This document shows positions 27,101 to 41,282 of a stretch of 64,000 bases of DNA, in pieces. The DNA lies in NCBI RefSeq assembly GCF_009914755.1, contig NC_060930.1; one strand, given 5' to 3'. How positions within the stretch are numbered: the stretch's first letter is position 1; every line of letters begins with the position of its first letter. The notes beneath the pieces are model-generated. The model was not told where the DNA came from, searched no databases, and was given only the letters and a program-made list of their open reading frames with translations. This stretch comes from the human T2T-CHM13v2.0 reference genome, Homo sapiens. Both the position numbers and the translations under genes were made by a program.

Positions 27101-30100
27101 TCAAACTTCAAATTAGTAAATTTAGACAAACTATAGCAGAATTGGTGAAAGATTATTCAGTGTGGGGTTGAAATCACTAATAAAAATATATTTTTTTAGA
27201 TCTATTCTGTCCTCCATATGAAAATATAAATCATGGTCTCATTTGTTTCTCCTGGGTATCTGTGTGTTTGTGTGAGTTTGAGAGAGAAACAAGGATACAT
27301 TATAACTTTAAAAGTATTTATAGCCTTTGATAATAAGGTGATCAATTGAAGAAATTAACAGTATTCTAGTATTTCATTTAGCTGAAGCAAGATATGCTTT
27401 ACCGACTTTTAGCTATCCTCCTTTTTTCCTCTTTCTGCTTAGGAATTCCACTAAGTTGGCATGTAAACAGATCACAGGCTGTGTCAGTTTAAAACTTCTT
27501 GTTCTGGGCATGCCATTTATTTTGCTAAGCCTGTAGCACTAGGGAGTATTAGCAAAAGCATAATTTACCTTATAGTGACAGTCTCCCGAAACACAGGAAA
27601 CCTGCCTTTCTTGTGTCACTGAGCGAACAAAGGTAAAGTTAAAGGTAGTGGGCAGAAAGGAAAGAAAGGGTGGGGTTGGGGGGTGGCATTTGGATGGAAA
27701 AAAAAAAAAGGGAAAAAACTTTGTCCTCAGAGAGAAATGGTGGGTGGGAGGAAGTAGATTGTAGACCTAGATGGGAAAGGAAGCTTGGGCATCAAAAGAT
27801 TAAGGATGTGTGAAATATAGATTAACGCCCATGGGAGTCTGACTGATAAAAAAGCTGGGACAACAGGTCTCGCTCAGCAGCCCTGAGAATCAGGCTTCCA
27901 GGGTGGTTTCCTACACTGGGCGTCTTGTCTGAGTTTACCTAGGCTAATATATTTTCCCATCTCTCCTTGGGACTCTACTTCTGTAAGGGGAAGATACAGT
28001 ACAATTTGCCAGAGGTATTTGCTCAGTTATTCAAGATCTTAGACAAAAGGCTGTCTTGTTCCTAGAAGCTAGAATGTTAGAATTGAGTTAGCCTCTTGCA
28101 GTTTCTTCTGGATCTATCAGTCTCAATATACGTGAGTTACAGTTTTCATTGTTTTCTTACTTAAATCATTTTGATTGTCAGAGATATTTTTAAAGATTTG
28201 AATGTCACAGGTCTCACAGTTTCATTTTACTAATTCTTGCTTGTGTGTCTTAAATATTTTTTATCAATTTTCCATTTTATATATAATATACATATAGACT
28301 GTTGCTAATGTTGTTTGTAATAATCCCTTGAGTTTATATTAGACCAAAAAACATTGTACCAACTACATTTCCCAATTAAAAGGAAAAGGAAAAGGAAGAA
28401 AATAAACTGAGGATAATTAGCACTTTAACTTTATGGCCCTCCCTGATTGAATCTAGCTCTGCACACAAACACACACGACTACTAGCAAAAACACTCCCCC
28501 CCTCCAAGATCTTTATAGAAGGCCTTTTATATCCTCTTCCTTCTTTCCTGTATTTCTATAAATGGGAAAAATATGTTTGAAACAAACATCCTGGTGTTAC
28601 AAATTTCTAACACTTTATCTAATACCATGTCATATTACCAGAAACTTCAGAGAAATCAGGAGTCCTTGTAGACTAAATTATTGATGATAAACTAACTCGC
28701 CTGCATAGGTATAAATCCCACCATAGTAATAAAAATTGATTTCAGGGCAGTTAGTTTCAAACATTTATTTATTCATTGGCATATGAAGGTATAGATAACA
28801 TAAAAATAAAGTTCCTAGTCTTAAAAAAGAGTCGTTTAATCCTATATTAAAAGATTTATATTGCATATTGACTTTCCTCTATGCAGTTTTTACTTGGAAC
28901 TTTTAAAGATTTTTGTCTGCCACAGGAATTCTTGATGACTGAGGAGTTTTAGTTCTTATTTTAGTTAATCCTAATTTTAGTTATTCATATGCATAAATTT
29001 CAAATCAATCTATTAATGTTTGTCAAACTGCAGAAAATATAAAACATGGTATTTCTGTTTAGTAATGAGACCAATTTTATTTGTGTGTGATTGTTGAAAT
29101 CAAATAAGACATTTTGAAATAAGGTTATATTACTAGTTTACCAGAATTTTTATGTTTCATTCACTTAGGTTTTACATAAAATTTGCATTCATTTTTACAT
29201 AACATATTCTGTTTCTCCTCTTTACTAGAATTGAATGGTATTATCTTTAGAATGTCTAAATAAAGTTCTTATGTATAATGCTTGGTAATTACTCATAAAT
29301 GCTGTTTTCTCTACCAGATACATTTTGCAAAAGAATGTTAAGAGGAGAAAAACACTTGCTTATTACTTTCAGTAAAGGATATTAAAGTTTAGTTGAATTT
29401 TCTAGCAGAGTCATGAAATAGAGTAAATATTAAAATATACTATAGTGCTTATTGAAAATATTGGGAATCAAAATTCTGACTTTTCAAGGCCAATTTGCAA
29501 TACACCATAGACTTATTAGTGCCAGAATTTACTTTAGGCAATCCAGTTAAAACATGTCTTATTACAAGATGGAGAAAAAGAGGCCAAAAGTATTAAGTTT
29601 GTGAGTTGGATCACATACAATTACATATTATGTTAAATATTCTTAGCAACAATCATTAAATTAAAAGTCTATCCTCTTCAGTGTCTTGCTGAGCTTTATT
29701 AAGATTGCAGGTATTCAATAGAACAAAGGAGTAAATTCAATCCACCCCTGCCCTTAAGGTAGAGAGAGAAATAAAGCCAATACAGATAGTGAATAATGTG
29801 ATGGGAAGGGTATTTTAGGAACTGAAAGAAACAGGTAAATAACCCAAGCCTAGAAACTTGGCGCATGGGTGGCATGATGGAAACCATAGCATGGTGGTGG
29901 GCAACAGGAAGGGAAGGGAGACCTGAGCTGAGTTTTGGACTATAAATTATTGGCAAGGACTGCATCTGATGTTAGTAGTCTTTCCACTGTATTCTTATGC
30001 TAAACATCAATGAAAATCAAAGTGTTATATGAGTTATTTACTACGTCCTTTTTTATCCAATTGCTTAATGCTATAGGCTCTTAATGTAAGCTTAATATTA

Positions 30101-30944
30101 ATTAGGCTTAATATTAATGCAATTTTCTTTAATTCTGAAGTCATTCAAGTGTAGACAGGCATGTGAGAAATTTATGCAAAAGATATGAGAATTGGTTCCT
30201 AATATGTACTTCAATACTATTTAAATTGATGAACCCATGGTCTTTTGATTGTTTTGTTTTCCCTATGGACTCCATTTATTATTCATTCATTGAGAAATAG
30301 AAATGTAGACTTAAAATTTTTAAAAAAACATTTAGAACAATAGAATAATTTATATGCCTGCTTCAAATGTTTGTTTATGACACATGGCCAATATAAAAAA
30401 AAAAGATCTTTAATAGAGTTCTGAGTTTAAAGGATCAGTGTCACAAATTTTTAGAAACTAAATGTCAAATGAATTCTTTCTATAAGTCATCCTTTTTATT
30501 AGATTTTCTGTATGATATTTGTATCCAAATAGGATTTTACAAAATAGAAATCAATCCATTTGCATTGGGAATTGAGAAATTTACACACACAGAAAATCAA
30601 ACGCACCAAATATACAATTTATACAGTCCATATTAACAAGCAGTGTAGTAGGTATTTAGGCAAGTGATATTACCTAGGATTAATATTTAGCATCTATTAT
30701 TTTAATAGGTGATCATTATGCCTTTCATACGTAACAACTATTATATCTAAAAGACAGCTCTTTTCAATATTTAAAAATCTAGAAAACATAGACTGCTTTT
30801 TATTTTGATTTCTTGTAAATTCACATCCTCATATGCCTTTTTATGAGACTTTATACGTATACCAAAGGAACTATATGTTTGTATACAAAATATTTATACT
30901 TTTGAATAATTTTAAATTATAATTCAAATAAAATTCAGATTTTT

Positions 30945-31120
30945 TTATTACTAGCTGTGAAACTTTGGACTTAACATCACTGAAGATTAGTATACTCATC
31001 TGTAAAATGGGATATTTACAGGATTAATTTATAGGCCCATTTCAAGAATAAAACTAAATCCATGCATAACATCTAATAGAGTGCCTGATACACAATAATG
31101 CCTAATTAATGTTAGCTGAC
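30945..31120 (+). mobile_element. MIR SINE
   Basis: 'ttactagctgtgaaactttgg...ctcatctgtaaaatggg...gtgcctgatacaca'. Confidence 0.7.
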
Positions 31121-31994
31121 CTTTGTCATTGTTATTATTGTCATCATTACTTTTTTAAACATAAAAAAGTATCAGTAAGTATTATATGGCAATTGTTTTT
31201 CTTTTGTTGCAGGATAATAATGGCTGTTTTAGTTTTCTCTGTGTTCTAAATTTTTCTAATTTTTTATAATATAAAATTTATATTTAGCAATGGCTGTTTC
31301 ATCAATATATACTCTTTTACTACTTCTTTATAAAAATTTTAGTTGATCCACCTATACATAAATTTCAAATCAACCTATTAATGTTTTCAAAGTCTTTGAC
31401 TCCTTCCTGTTCTATGTGAAATTCAGATTAGAACCAGTTCTCAATTATCTGTAGCAATTGGTCTTGGTCTGTACAGTTAAAGTACATGCAAAAAAGACAC
31501 AAATGCTTTCTCACATGTGTCTTTCAGTCTAAGAGGAACTGCAACAATACTAGGTCCCTGCAATTTTCATTTGTGTACTGGCCTTTTTTAAAGACACTAT
31601 GGTTACAGAGAGCATGATTTTTTCATGGAATTGCAAATTCCAGCATGGATAGATCCCAGGATGAAAAGCAGGAAACTAAAGAGGGGACAGATTAAAAATG
31701 ACTCACAATATATAACAAGGGTTTTGATCTTGATTGTAAGAGAAACAGGTACCAATAAAGCTATAACAGAAGGTAGAGACTTGCTAGCTAGGTAGCATAG
31801 TTATATCTAGGGTGAAGGGGAGGTAGTGATTTTAGATTATCCCAGATTTCTAGCTTGAGTAACTTGGTGAGCATTTCCCCATACAAGAGAGGGAAAATAA
31901 GGAACAGATTGGAGTGGATTATGGAAATGAATTCCCTAAGTTTAGGACATTATATCTCTTGTATCTCAGGCCAGAACAGTTTATTCTCATGTAT

Positions 31995-32310
31995 TGCCAT
32001 CTACCACATAACGATTTTTCGGTCAATGATGGACTGCAGATATAATGGTGGTCCCCTAAGATTATAATACTGTAATTTTATTGTACTTTTTCTGTGTTTA
32101 GATATGGCTTGCCATTGTGTGACAATTGCCATACAGGTTTGTAGCTTAGGAGCAATAGGCTACAGAACATGGCCTAGACGTATAGTAGATTATACCATCT
32201 AGGTTCATGTAAGTACACCTTGTATGTTCATGTATGTTCACATGAGAATGAAATCACCTAACCATGTATTTCTCAGATTGTATCTCTGTTGTTTATCAAC
32301 ACAGGAATTG
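31995..32310 (-). mobile_element. Tigger3a (MER7A)-like TcMar DNA transposon
   Basis: 'cataacgatttttcggtcaatgatggactgca...gtcccctaagattataatac...gtttgtagcttaggagcaataggcta...ccatctaggttcatgtaagtacac'. Confidence 0.85.
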
Positions 32311-33209
32311 AAATTTTTTTGTGTAGCACTAATCTTATATTTCTGTAGAGCCTGATACTTTTCCAAAGTGCTTTCCCATGTGCTACCTCACTTTATCCAG
32401 GAAAGTCCGGGAAAAAAGGGAAAACACGCTCCATCTACTTGTAGAAAACAAGTCTTAGAGATCAAATGCATATGAATTGGCATGTCTAGAACTGAAGTCA
32501 AGATCATTGTGCTTTAATCACTCAAGAATCTTTTTGGGTAAAGATGAAAGCTTATTTGAAGAGAACATAGCAGGATTTATGAAGATCTTTTCCCGTCCTC
32601 ATAGAAAAAGAAAAAAAAAATCTCTATGCTTAAAAATTTGCTAATCTTGCTGAGAAACCCAAAGAGCATTTTCTGCTGAAAAGTAGTGCACAGCAGGTAA
32701 ATGCTGTAATGATATTTACTCAAAGAGCTTAAAATTTGTTAAAAGGAGATTCATACCAGGATCTTAGAAGTCAACTTCTGCATGCATTTTATAAGTGAAT
32801 AACAAATGCTGTAAATAGTGTATTTTGTAGGGAGAAAGTGACATAGTGTCATCCTTAATGATGTGAAAGCAAACTCAGGAAAAGGTTTTGTCTTTTTAAA
32901 ATAGATTTTGATTACATCTCAGCAAATTATTTTATGCTCATCAGTTGGAATTCACATTTATGTGGCAATGGAGATATTTTAATGCAACTACTGAATTGAA
33001 ATACCATAAATTTTTCAGTGGTTTATTTCTGAAAGAATGTTGAGAACTATAATTTTGGCTTAAAAAATGAAATAACCCTGAATTTGGCATTAAAAAATAC
33101 ACTGAATGGCCAGTCAAGAACCACTGTAGCAAATAATATAACAGTATATATACTTGCAGAGTATCTATGTATTTCAGAACTGGGTTGAGGGGCAGAAAAG
33201 TTGGAGGAT

Positions 33210-33555
33210 AGGTAGGCAGTGGCCCTTTGTGTTTGTCAAAGTTAGACTTCGGCTCAAATCCCAAATCTGGAGATGCCTGTCTTGGTGGTCTTGGTGAGTG
33301 GAACACTTTTCTTGGCCCCTGTTTCTTCATGTGTACACTGGGGATAGTAATACTTTATGTGGTTTTAAGAGGACTAAATGCAATAAATATTTGTTCATGC
33401 AGAAATATGTACCAAGGGACAATTATGTGCCTGACACTATTTTAGATGCTTCTGATACATAAGTGAATAAGCAAGTATTCCTGCCCTCCTGGAGATCTTA
33501 TATGTGAAGAGCTCTGCAATGTGTCTGGCATCAATGGGTAATAAATTGTAGTTGT
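33210..33555 (+). mobile_element. MIR interrupted by an antisense L2 3' piece
   Basis: 'ggctcaaatcccaaatctg...ctgtttcttcatgtgtacactggggatagtaatac'; then 'tatgtgcctgacactattttagatgct...cctgccctcctggag'. Confidence 0.6.
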
Positions 33556-34365
33556 GAATGAGATTATGACGGCTTGGTAAATCTATATTTACTTAAATGG
33601 AGGAAAACAGTAATTTTAGAAATCTCTTCTACCTCCCATATCTTCTACTTAATTTTTTTCTTAGATGTAAGTACAAAACAAAAGGCATAATATTTTCCCT
33701 ACTAGGTAATGGGCTTTCATACTAAACAGTATCAGTATCCTTGCTTTTTAAAGGTAAAATAACTTTCAGATCCCTCAGTTTTCATATAAAAGAAGGATTT
33801 GCATTATTATAGGTCACTAGTGTTATATTGATCAAATCACTACTTCAGATTTAAAGAAATTTTCATTCTCCAAAGGCTCAACATAGTTTCAATAATTCAT
33901 TATCATAGGTATCTTCACATCTGCTCCAAGTGTTGCCTTACCCCTCTCCAGCTCCCAACTCATATAAACCTTTTATAATGAAATGATTATGAGGATGATT
34001 GAGCTTTTGTGTTTGAAATATGACTGGTTAGTAAACTTTGGAGTTTGACAAACTATATAAATTTCAGTAAAGGTTCAGTTGACATTTTCTGAATCTATAT
34101 TCATGGACTGGCTCTCTGATTTTTTTGAGAAACCAGTAATATCAGGTATGATTGTAAGTTGCTGGTGAAAGCCCAATGACGTAAAATTGTATTGTAAGCA
34201 GTATTCCTTTTGGTATTGATATTTGTCTCCTCTTTTTGTTTTGCCTCATGTGAATATTGTAGGCATTTTTCTTGCTTGTTGTTTGTAGACAGTAACTATT
34301 ACCAAGTGTGTAACACAGTTTAAACTCAAAATAAATTTAAGAAGTCTAGTTAAAACACAATTGCT

Positions 34366-35450
34366 GGGCATCACTATAGATCTCATGGACATTAAAAGGA
34401 TAATAAAGTAATACTGTGAACAATTCTCTACTCAGAAATTTGATAATTATGATGAAATGAGCCAAATGCATGAAAGACACAATCTGACAAAACTCACACA
34501 AGAAGAAATAGACAATGAAAAATAGTCTTATATTAATCAATAATTAATAACCTTTCAAAACAGAAAGCACCAGGCCATGATGGGTGGTTTCTACAAAACA
34601 TTTAAGGAAGAAATTACACTAACTCTCTATGATGTCTTCCAGAAGGTAGAAGCAGAGAGAATACTTCTCAAGTCATTCTTTCAGAACAGCATTATCTTAA
34701 AACCAAAACCAGACCAAGACATATGAGAAAAGAAACCATAGGCTAATATCTCCCTTGAACATAGATACAAAAATCCTCTACAAAATATTAGCAAATTGAA
34801 TCCAATAATATATTTTAAAAATGTAGATGGCACAACTAAATAGGATTTATCTCAGTTATGCAATGCTGGTTCAACATGTAAAAATCAATTAATGTAAACC
34901 TTTATATCAACAGATTAAATGAAGAAATATCATTTGATCATATAAATAGATACATGAAAAGTATTTGACAAAATCTAACACACATCCATAATAAAACTCT
35001 CAGCAAAGTAGGAATTGAGGGGAACTTCCTCAACTTGATAAAAGACATTTACAAAAATCCTACAGCTAACAACATACTTAATGTTGAGAAACGAGAAGCT
35101 TTTTCACTAATATCAGAAAAAAGGCAAGGATGTCCTCTCTCACCATCTCTTTTCAATACAGTACTGGAAGTCCTAGCTTATTCAGTAAGAGAAGAAAAGG
35201 GAAAAAAAATGTATATACATTGGAAAGGAAGAAATGAAACTTCACAGATGACATAATTGTCTGTGTAGAAAATCTAAAAGAATTGACAAAAAACTTCCTG
35301 GAACTAATTAATGATTATAGCAAGTTGGTATGACCATATAATGGTAGATATACATGTGTGTAGAGGGTGTATCTGTGGCTATTGGGAACTCTGGTTTTTG
35401 TTCAGTTTTGCTGTTAATCTAAAACTGCCTTAAAAATAGTCTATTAAAAA
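34366..35450 (+). mobile_element. L1MC-type LINE: ORF2 linker/RT fragment joined to the extreme 3' end
   Basis: ORF 35035-35256 contains the RT motif RQGCPLSP; 3' terminus 'ttttgctgttaatctaaaactgccttaaaaatagtctattaaaaa'. Confidence 0.85.
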
Positions 35451-35952
35451 GGAGAAAATTCAATTGCGTATGTAATAGTAGGGAAAAAGTACCACATAAA
35501 CATGTTGTATACTGAATTTGCCTTGAATGTCTTAAATTAGCATGCCTTATTAGCAGCGGTAGACATGGATAGTTGGCATACTTCCTTTGGGGGAAAATGT
35601 GTTAGCTATACTCTGATAACATACACAGCTGACAATGCCAGTTAACATTCCGAAAATTTTATTATAGTGGAATATACTCAATTGTTGTATCACAGTGGAA
35701 TCCAAAAATGTGTAGCTTAAGGATTTACTACAACTATTAGAGAGTGTTAATACTACGTTGCATTCGCATTTTTGCTTTTAGGATTTCTTTCAGAATAAGC
35801 AGTGCGCGTTAGAGTCTCACAACCTTAACAGTAGTTGTAACAAAGCAGCTGAGTAACATAAAGTTGCCAAAGATCTGTATGGCACAAAAATGTTTGCAGT
35901 AGACAGTCTTCAAATGCCCTTGCTACAAAAAATGGTAATTTAAAACATTAGC

Positions 35953-36186
35953 TCACTTGATGCCAGGAGTTTCAGACCAGCCTGGGTAACACAGCAAGAT
36001 TCCATCTCTACAAAATAATAATAATAAAATTAGCCAGATGTGGTGGTGTATGCCTGTATCCCAGCTACTCGGGAGGCTGAGACAAAAGGATAATTTGAGC
36101 CCAGAAGTTTGGGCTCAATCATGCCACTGCACTCCAGCCCAACCAACAGAGTGAGACCATGTCTCAAAAATAAAATAAAAAATAAA
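35953..36186 (+). mobile_element. 5'-truncated AluJ
   Basis: 'ccaggagtttcagaccagcctgggtaacacagcaaga...gtgagaccatgtctcaaaaataaaa'; degenerate TSD taaa(a/c)ca(t/c)t(a/g)gc. Confidence 0.9.
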
Positions 36187-37509
36187 CCACTGGCAAGGAG
36201 CTCAATGTGGAGAAATACAAAATTGACATTTATCTTAGAGGTGTCTTTATCAGTCACTTGTTAACCACTTGCCAGCTTACTTACTGAAAAGTTTTTCATT
36301 GTTCCTAAAAGAATTATTTAGTTTTTACCTGCTGAAGACAGTAATCTCTAGTACTGTTGCTTTCTGTGGCAAGTAATGGAACCTGGTCAAAACTTAAATC
36401 CAGAAAATACTCACTGGATTTAATGATTTAAGCAGAGTCTATAGAAAGAAAACCATATTTGATGTACTGATTGATTACACAAGATGTTGAGTTGATTTGC
36501 ATATGGTACATTATTTATCAACATTGTTTTGTTTTACAAAAGCATCTAGTAGGATTTGTGTGCTAAAATAAATTCTGAACTCTCATGTATTATACACTTA
36601 GGTTTACAAATTCATATATAAGTGCCTGAATACATTATTTGTCTATTTTATATGTTGGCATAGAAAACTATATTTTCACATGACTTATCTTAGCACAATA
36701 GTGGGAAGTGTTGTAGATATTACCTACAGTTCCTTTTTGCAAATACTTTATCCTTTTAAATAATATCCTCTGCTTCCTCCAGAAATGTTGTGCAAAACAT
36801 GGCCAACATGGTTGAAGTTAACTAATATATAAAATTTTCATTGGATCTAAGATAAAGTCAATCACCATTGACAACTTGAGGGGAGAGACACTCTTGCTTA
36901 CAGAGTATATTCCGTATATAACAAGCTATATAACAAGTTAGATGGTGTGGTTTTCTTGTTTTGCTGGATAGTTCTATTAAGCAGGCATTTATTGAGCATT
37001 TAATTTCAACAAGCCATAATTCTACCAGGCACATTAGTGTGAGTACCGTGATTCGGCCTGAAAGTCATGGTCTTTCTTCTAAAGTTGTTTAGCATCTAGT
37101 TGCTAAGTTGACATCTGAGAATTCCTGCTGGCAGCTATTGTTCTCTTCTTTCTTTTGGTTTGTTCAGCATTTCTATAATCTGTCTCTTACCACTGCTTTG
37201 ATTTTGTAAACCTTGCTATTTTAACCTAGAACCCTATGATCTGCCATATTGAAACACCAATACTTCACCAGTAGAGCATACATTTTCACTTTACTATGTC
37301 TGTGTTTATGTGACTTTCTCTTTGTATAATTCATTTCTGCTTCCTTCTCTATACAACCAAATCAAAGCACAAGACTATTGCAGGCAAACTCTGCAAAGAG
37401 TTCCCTGAACCCGGGTGCCTACCTCTCTCCCTTAGAAAGAAGGGATTGTTCATTTGTCTGGATTTTATTCATACACAATTAGCATATTCCATGAAAATAA
37501 GCAAAACAT

Positions 37510-37722
37510 ATTATCTAGTGACTGACTGTCAGGCACTAGCGTTATCTTGGCTAATTCTCAATATCACCTTGTGCAGTAAATACTCTTATCCTCATTTTAT
37601 GGATGAAGATTCTGAAATATACAGTTTATGTAAGTTGCCCAGTGTTAGTACTAAGTGGCAGACCAATCATTCAAACTCAAGGATTCACTTCCAGAGTCAT
37701 CTCTCTTAGCCAGTTTGCTATA
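37510..37722 (-). mobile_element. MIR SINE within an L2 relic
   Basis: 'cctcattttatggatgaagattctga...taagttgcccagtgttagtactaagtggcaga'. Confidence 0.65.
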
Positions 37723-38299
37723 GTACATGTACATACTCCATTATGAATAGTTGCATATGTACACACCAGTATCCTTGTTTTCCCCCAAACCTTAATATTA
37801 ATTTTCTTAAGTTCAGCAATCATGTTTATGTGTTTCATATTCAATACTAACTAGCATTTAATATATGCTTTGTAAATACTTGCAGAATGTTTGTCGAATG
37901 GATAAGTTAAAAGGATGTCATGTTTTAGAAGAGTGTTTTAGTAATCCTGTTTTGAGGCATTTATGAAAATGTTACTTTTGCCTTCAGCTCTTCTGTACAT
38001 AACCTATTTTAGATTCTTTAACTGAAGTCAAAGTTTTGGTCAATTGACAGAAAAAGAAGTCAGATTATCTCCAATATGAATGAAAACTGCTAAAGAATAT
38101 TAAATTCTAGCTGCAAAAAGTTGACATGTGGGTTGGCGGTGGGGAGTAAACTTTCTGACTGCAGTCATTTTGGTATAATAGGATAATGGTCATAGGAACT
38201 TATAACACCTCTTATCTAAATTAGTAATGAAGCTTTACCATATTCTGGGTAGTGAGAAAATTGTCCATCTAGAGGCATAAGTCAGATGAGATGATAATA

Positions 38300-38560
38300 G
38301 GTGTCGTGTTTAACAGCAAGGCTTGCAAGTCAGCAGACATCTTCTAAAACCTAACCTTTGTTGTATATTCAGAAAGACACTTAACTTCTCTGAGCCAGGA
38401 ACTGCCACTTATTAACTAAACAAATTACTTTACTTTTCTTCACCTCAGTGAAACCAAGATAAAGATACAGCCCATGTCAGGTTTTAATGAAGATTAAGTC
38501 ATAGGACACTCATAAAGTGCTGAGCATATTGCCTGCACATGTCAGTACATGCTGAACTTT
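38300..38560 (+). mobile_element. MIR SINE(s)
   Basis: 'cacttaacttctctgagcc', 'actgccacttattaact', 'gaagattaag...taaagtgctgagca'. Confidence 0.55.
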
Positions 38561-41074
38561 TATAATCGTTCAGTGCATTTAACTATGAAACATTTTAAAA
38601 TACAATATCAATCCCATGGAGTTATTTGAAGAACCAAATGAGATAACAGTATGCTATGCTGGGCCCATAGGAAGCTATATATAAATCATAGCTGTGAACC
38701 ATTCTATTATCAGATAAACATTTTTAAGTTTTTCCAATTGCACACCCCTTTAAATCTGTCATAACAACTTAATAATGTATTACATTTTAAGTACATTTTT
38801 GAATTGGACATTAGTATAGCACATTACTATGATTATTTACATAGTCCATGTAACCAAAACTCAAAGTAAAAAGGCTAAAAAATTGAATGTGAAATAAACA
38901 TTAAATTGATTTTAAGTGAGACCTAAGTAAAGCATTGTAAGATCTAAGGAAGCTTTATGTCCCATAAACCAGTGAAGCTATATACCACCAGACCAAAGAA
39001 CTAACCTATGGCTATAAATTAAGAAAATCATTACAGCAGGCACATGAAAACACTATGTCAGAACTGGAAAGAGTAACATATGATGGCAAGAATCTTCTTT
39101 TAATTATAGATCCTAGTCAATACACATATTTATATGTTTATATCAAAAATATGAATGTTTCAGTAAAAGAGATGAGATTTGAGAAAAATACAAATTATTA
39201 ATAGGACTACCTTTGTTGCATAATAAGAAAACTGAATTTCATACAGACAGAGTCTCTAAACATTGATTTTCCATCAAAGACCAGGGAATCTGAAAATAAT
39301 ACATACATTTTTGTACACATTGGCTGAATGTGTGGAATAAAATATTATCAAATTCTAAATTACTGACTGCAAGCCAGTTACCTTCTCTCTTACTGAGGAG
39401 CACCTGGTCAAAGCATTATTTTTTTTTTCCCCCCAGCTCCATAGTCTTCCACACTTTGCCTCATTTCAGTAATGTATTTAATGTCAGGTTGCTACCATCT
39501 ACAAACAACATACACATCGTGTTGTTTACCTTCGGTAGTCCTCTTTATCATGTGCATTGAAGTCCACCTTTTCTACCTGGTCTATGAAATCTTCTGCACA
39601 TTCATCCTCTGACTCTTTCCCGCATCATATGCAGATCTTCACTTATTCTTACCTGGGACTTTCGGCTTCAGTCAACAATCTCACCTGCAAACTCAGGGCG
39701 TCTTACTTCTTTTCACCTAACTCTATTCTCATCTTTGCCTTTTAGTTTTGCCAACACTTATGTACTTTGCTAACCTTAAGTTTCATTACCTTTTGCTTTT
39801 TACATAGTTTAATGTTCTCCATGTTAGTATGCCATATGCCCTTTCACCTCAAGTAAGTTATAGGCTTCCTAAAGATAAAAATAATTGCTTTCTATTTTGT
39901 TTTCCTATCATACACAGCACCAAGTGCATCCAATGCACTGTCAATCAATGCCTGAGAAAATATTTCGGCGTTTTTTTGTCAGGGGTTGAAGTGGCATTTA
40001 AAAACTTAAAATTCTAATTGCCCATATTTTATTATTTATGTCTCACCCAGAGTGTGAGAAATTGAGAACACATTTCTGTGCTTGGTTTTATCTCTAAATC
40101 TAATGAGAACCAGCAGAGATCATCAGAGGTTTAGAAAATATATAAGGAACAATTTTCTATAAAAGTATTTTAGTGATTCTTATGATTTCCCATCTTTTAT
40201 AACCTCCTTCCTGTTGATTTTTAAAAGGATGTAAAGGAAATATTAAAAACTTTTTTTCTGTAATTCTTTCCTTTGTGGGGCACTAGATGTTAGATTTTTG
40301 TATTTCACTCTAGACTCTACCACTTCATAACTATTTTATTCAAACTCACATTAATCAACTTCAGAGTGACCTCAAGTAAGCTTAATTAACCTCTTTTGGT
40401 TTCAGTTTTTTTTCTTGATGGGGTAAGATGATATCTAAATTTCTTTCTAGCTCTCATATGTTTAGCCTATTTATGTAAAATTCTTTCCACATGTAGAGTT
40501 CATTTCAGTCCTACAAGTCTACATATTCTTGGCTTACCAGAGTAAATTATCAAGAACTAGATAGAACTGAAAAACATCACCTGAATAGGGCTGATCTCAG
40601 TAGATATAAAACTATTAACCATTTCCAAATCATCAACCTCTATTGTCTTCAGCACTTTGGCTTGATTAAAGATTTTCTCCCCCACTGATTTTTCTCTCTA
40701 TTTAATCCACTTAAATTTGCATCATTTTGTTTTCTTTTATCATCACTGCTTGAGGCTTCCTGCCAGTATGAATTTTAAAGTCTTACAGTCCCTAATTCTC
40801 ATCTGCTTAAATGTTATAAATGTTGTACATATCTTAGCTGCATGATTTCCTCTGGGCATTTTTGAAGCTTACTTAAAACTATGGAACCCCCTCCTCAAAT
40901 ATCCTGAAATTCAAGTTTGATTTGGTGTATATATCTATGGGGAAGACAACCATGGCTAAACATGAGAGTAGAAAAATACACCTGCATTCCAGGTCAAGAG
41001 AAATGTGACTCCTCTGCAGTTACGGAGAATCAGTTTATTGTTGTAATCATGCTGCCAAGATAATTGGGGTAAAC

Positions 41075-41282
41075 CTAATAGTGTAAGTGTAGAAGCTCCA
41101 AAGCCGCACTACCTAGTTTCACATCCAGGATCTACTACTTTCTAGCGGTGTGACATTGAGCAAGATGCTCACTCTCTAACCCATAGGATTGTTACATGCA
41201 TTAAATAAAGTGACATATGAAAAGCAAATGAAACAGCACCTAGTACATAACCTTCAACAAATGTTAATTGTTGTTATTATTA
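41075..41282 (+). mobile_element. MIR SINE
   Basis: 'acctagtttcacatccaggatctactactttctagcggtgtgacattgagcaag...cataggattgttac...aacaaatgtta'. Confidence 0.7.

Noticed and set aside
27668-27686. G-quadruplex gggtggggttggggggtgg
   Set aside because: Only three separate runs of three or more G; a canonical G4 would need a long loop or a two-tier fold.
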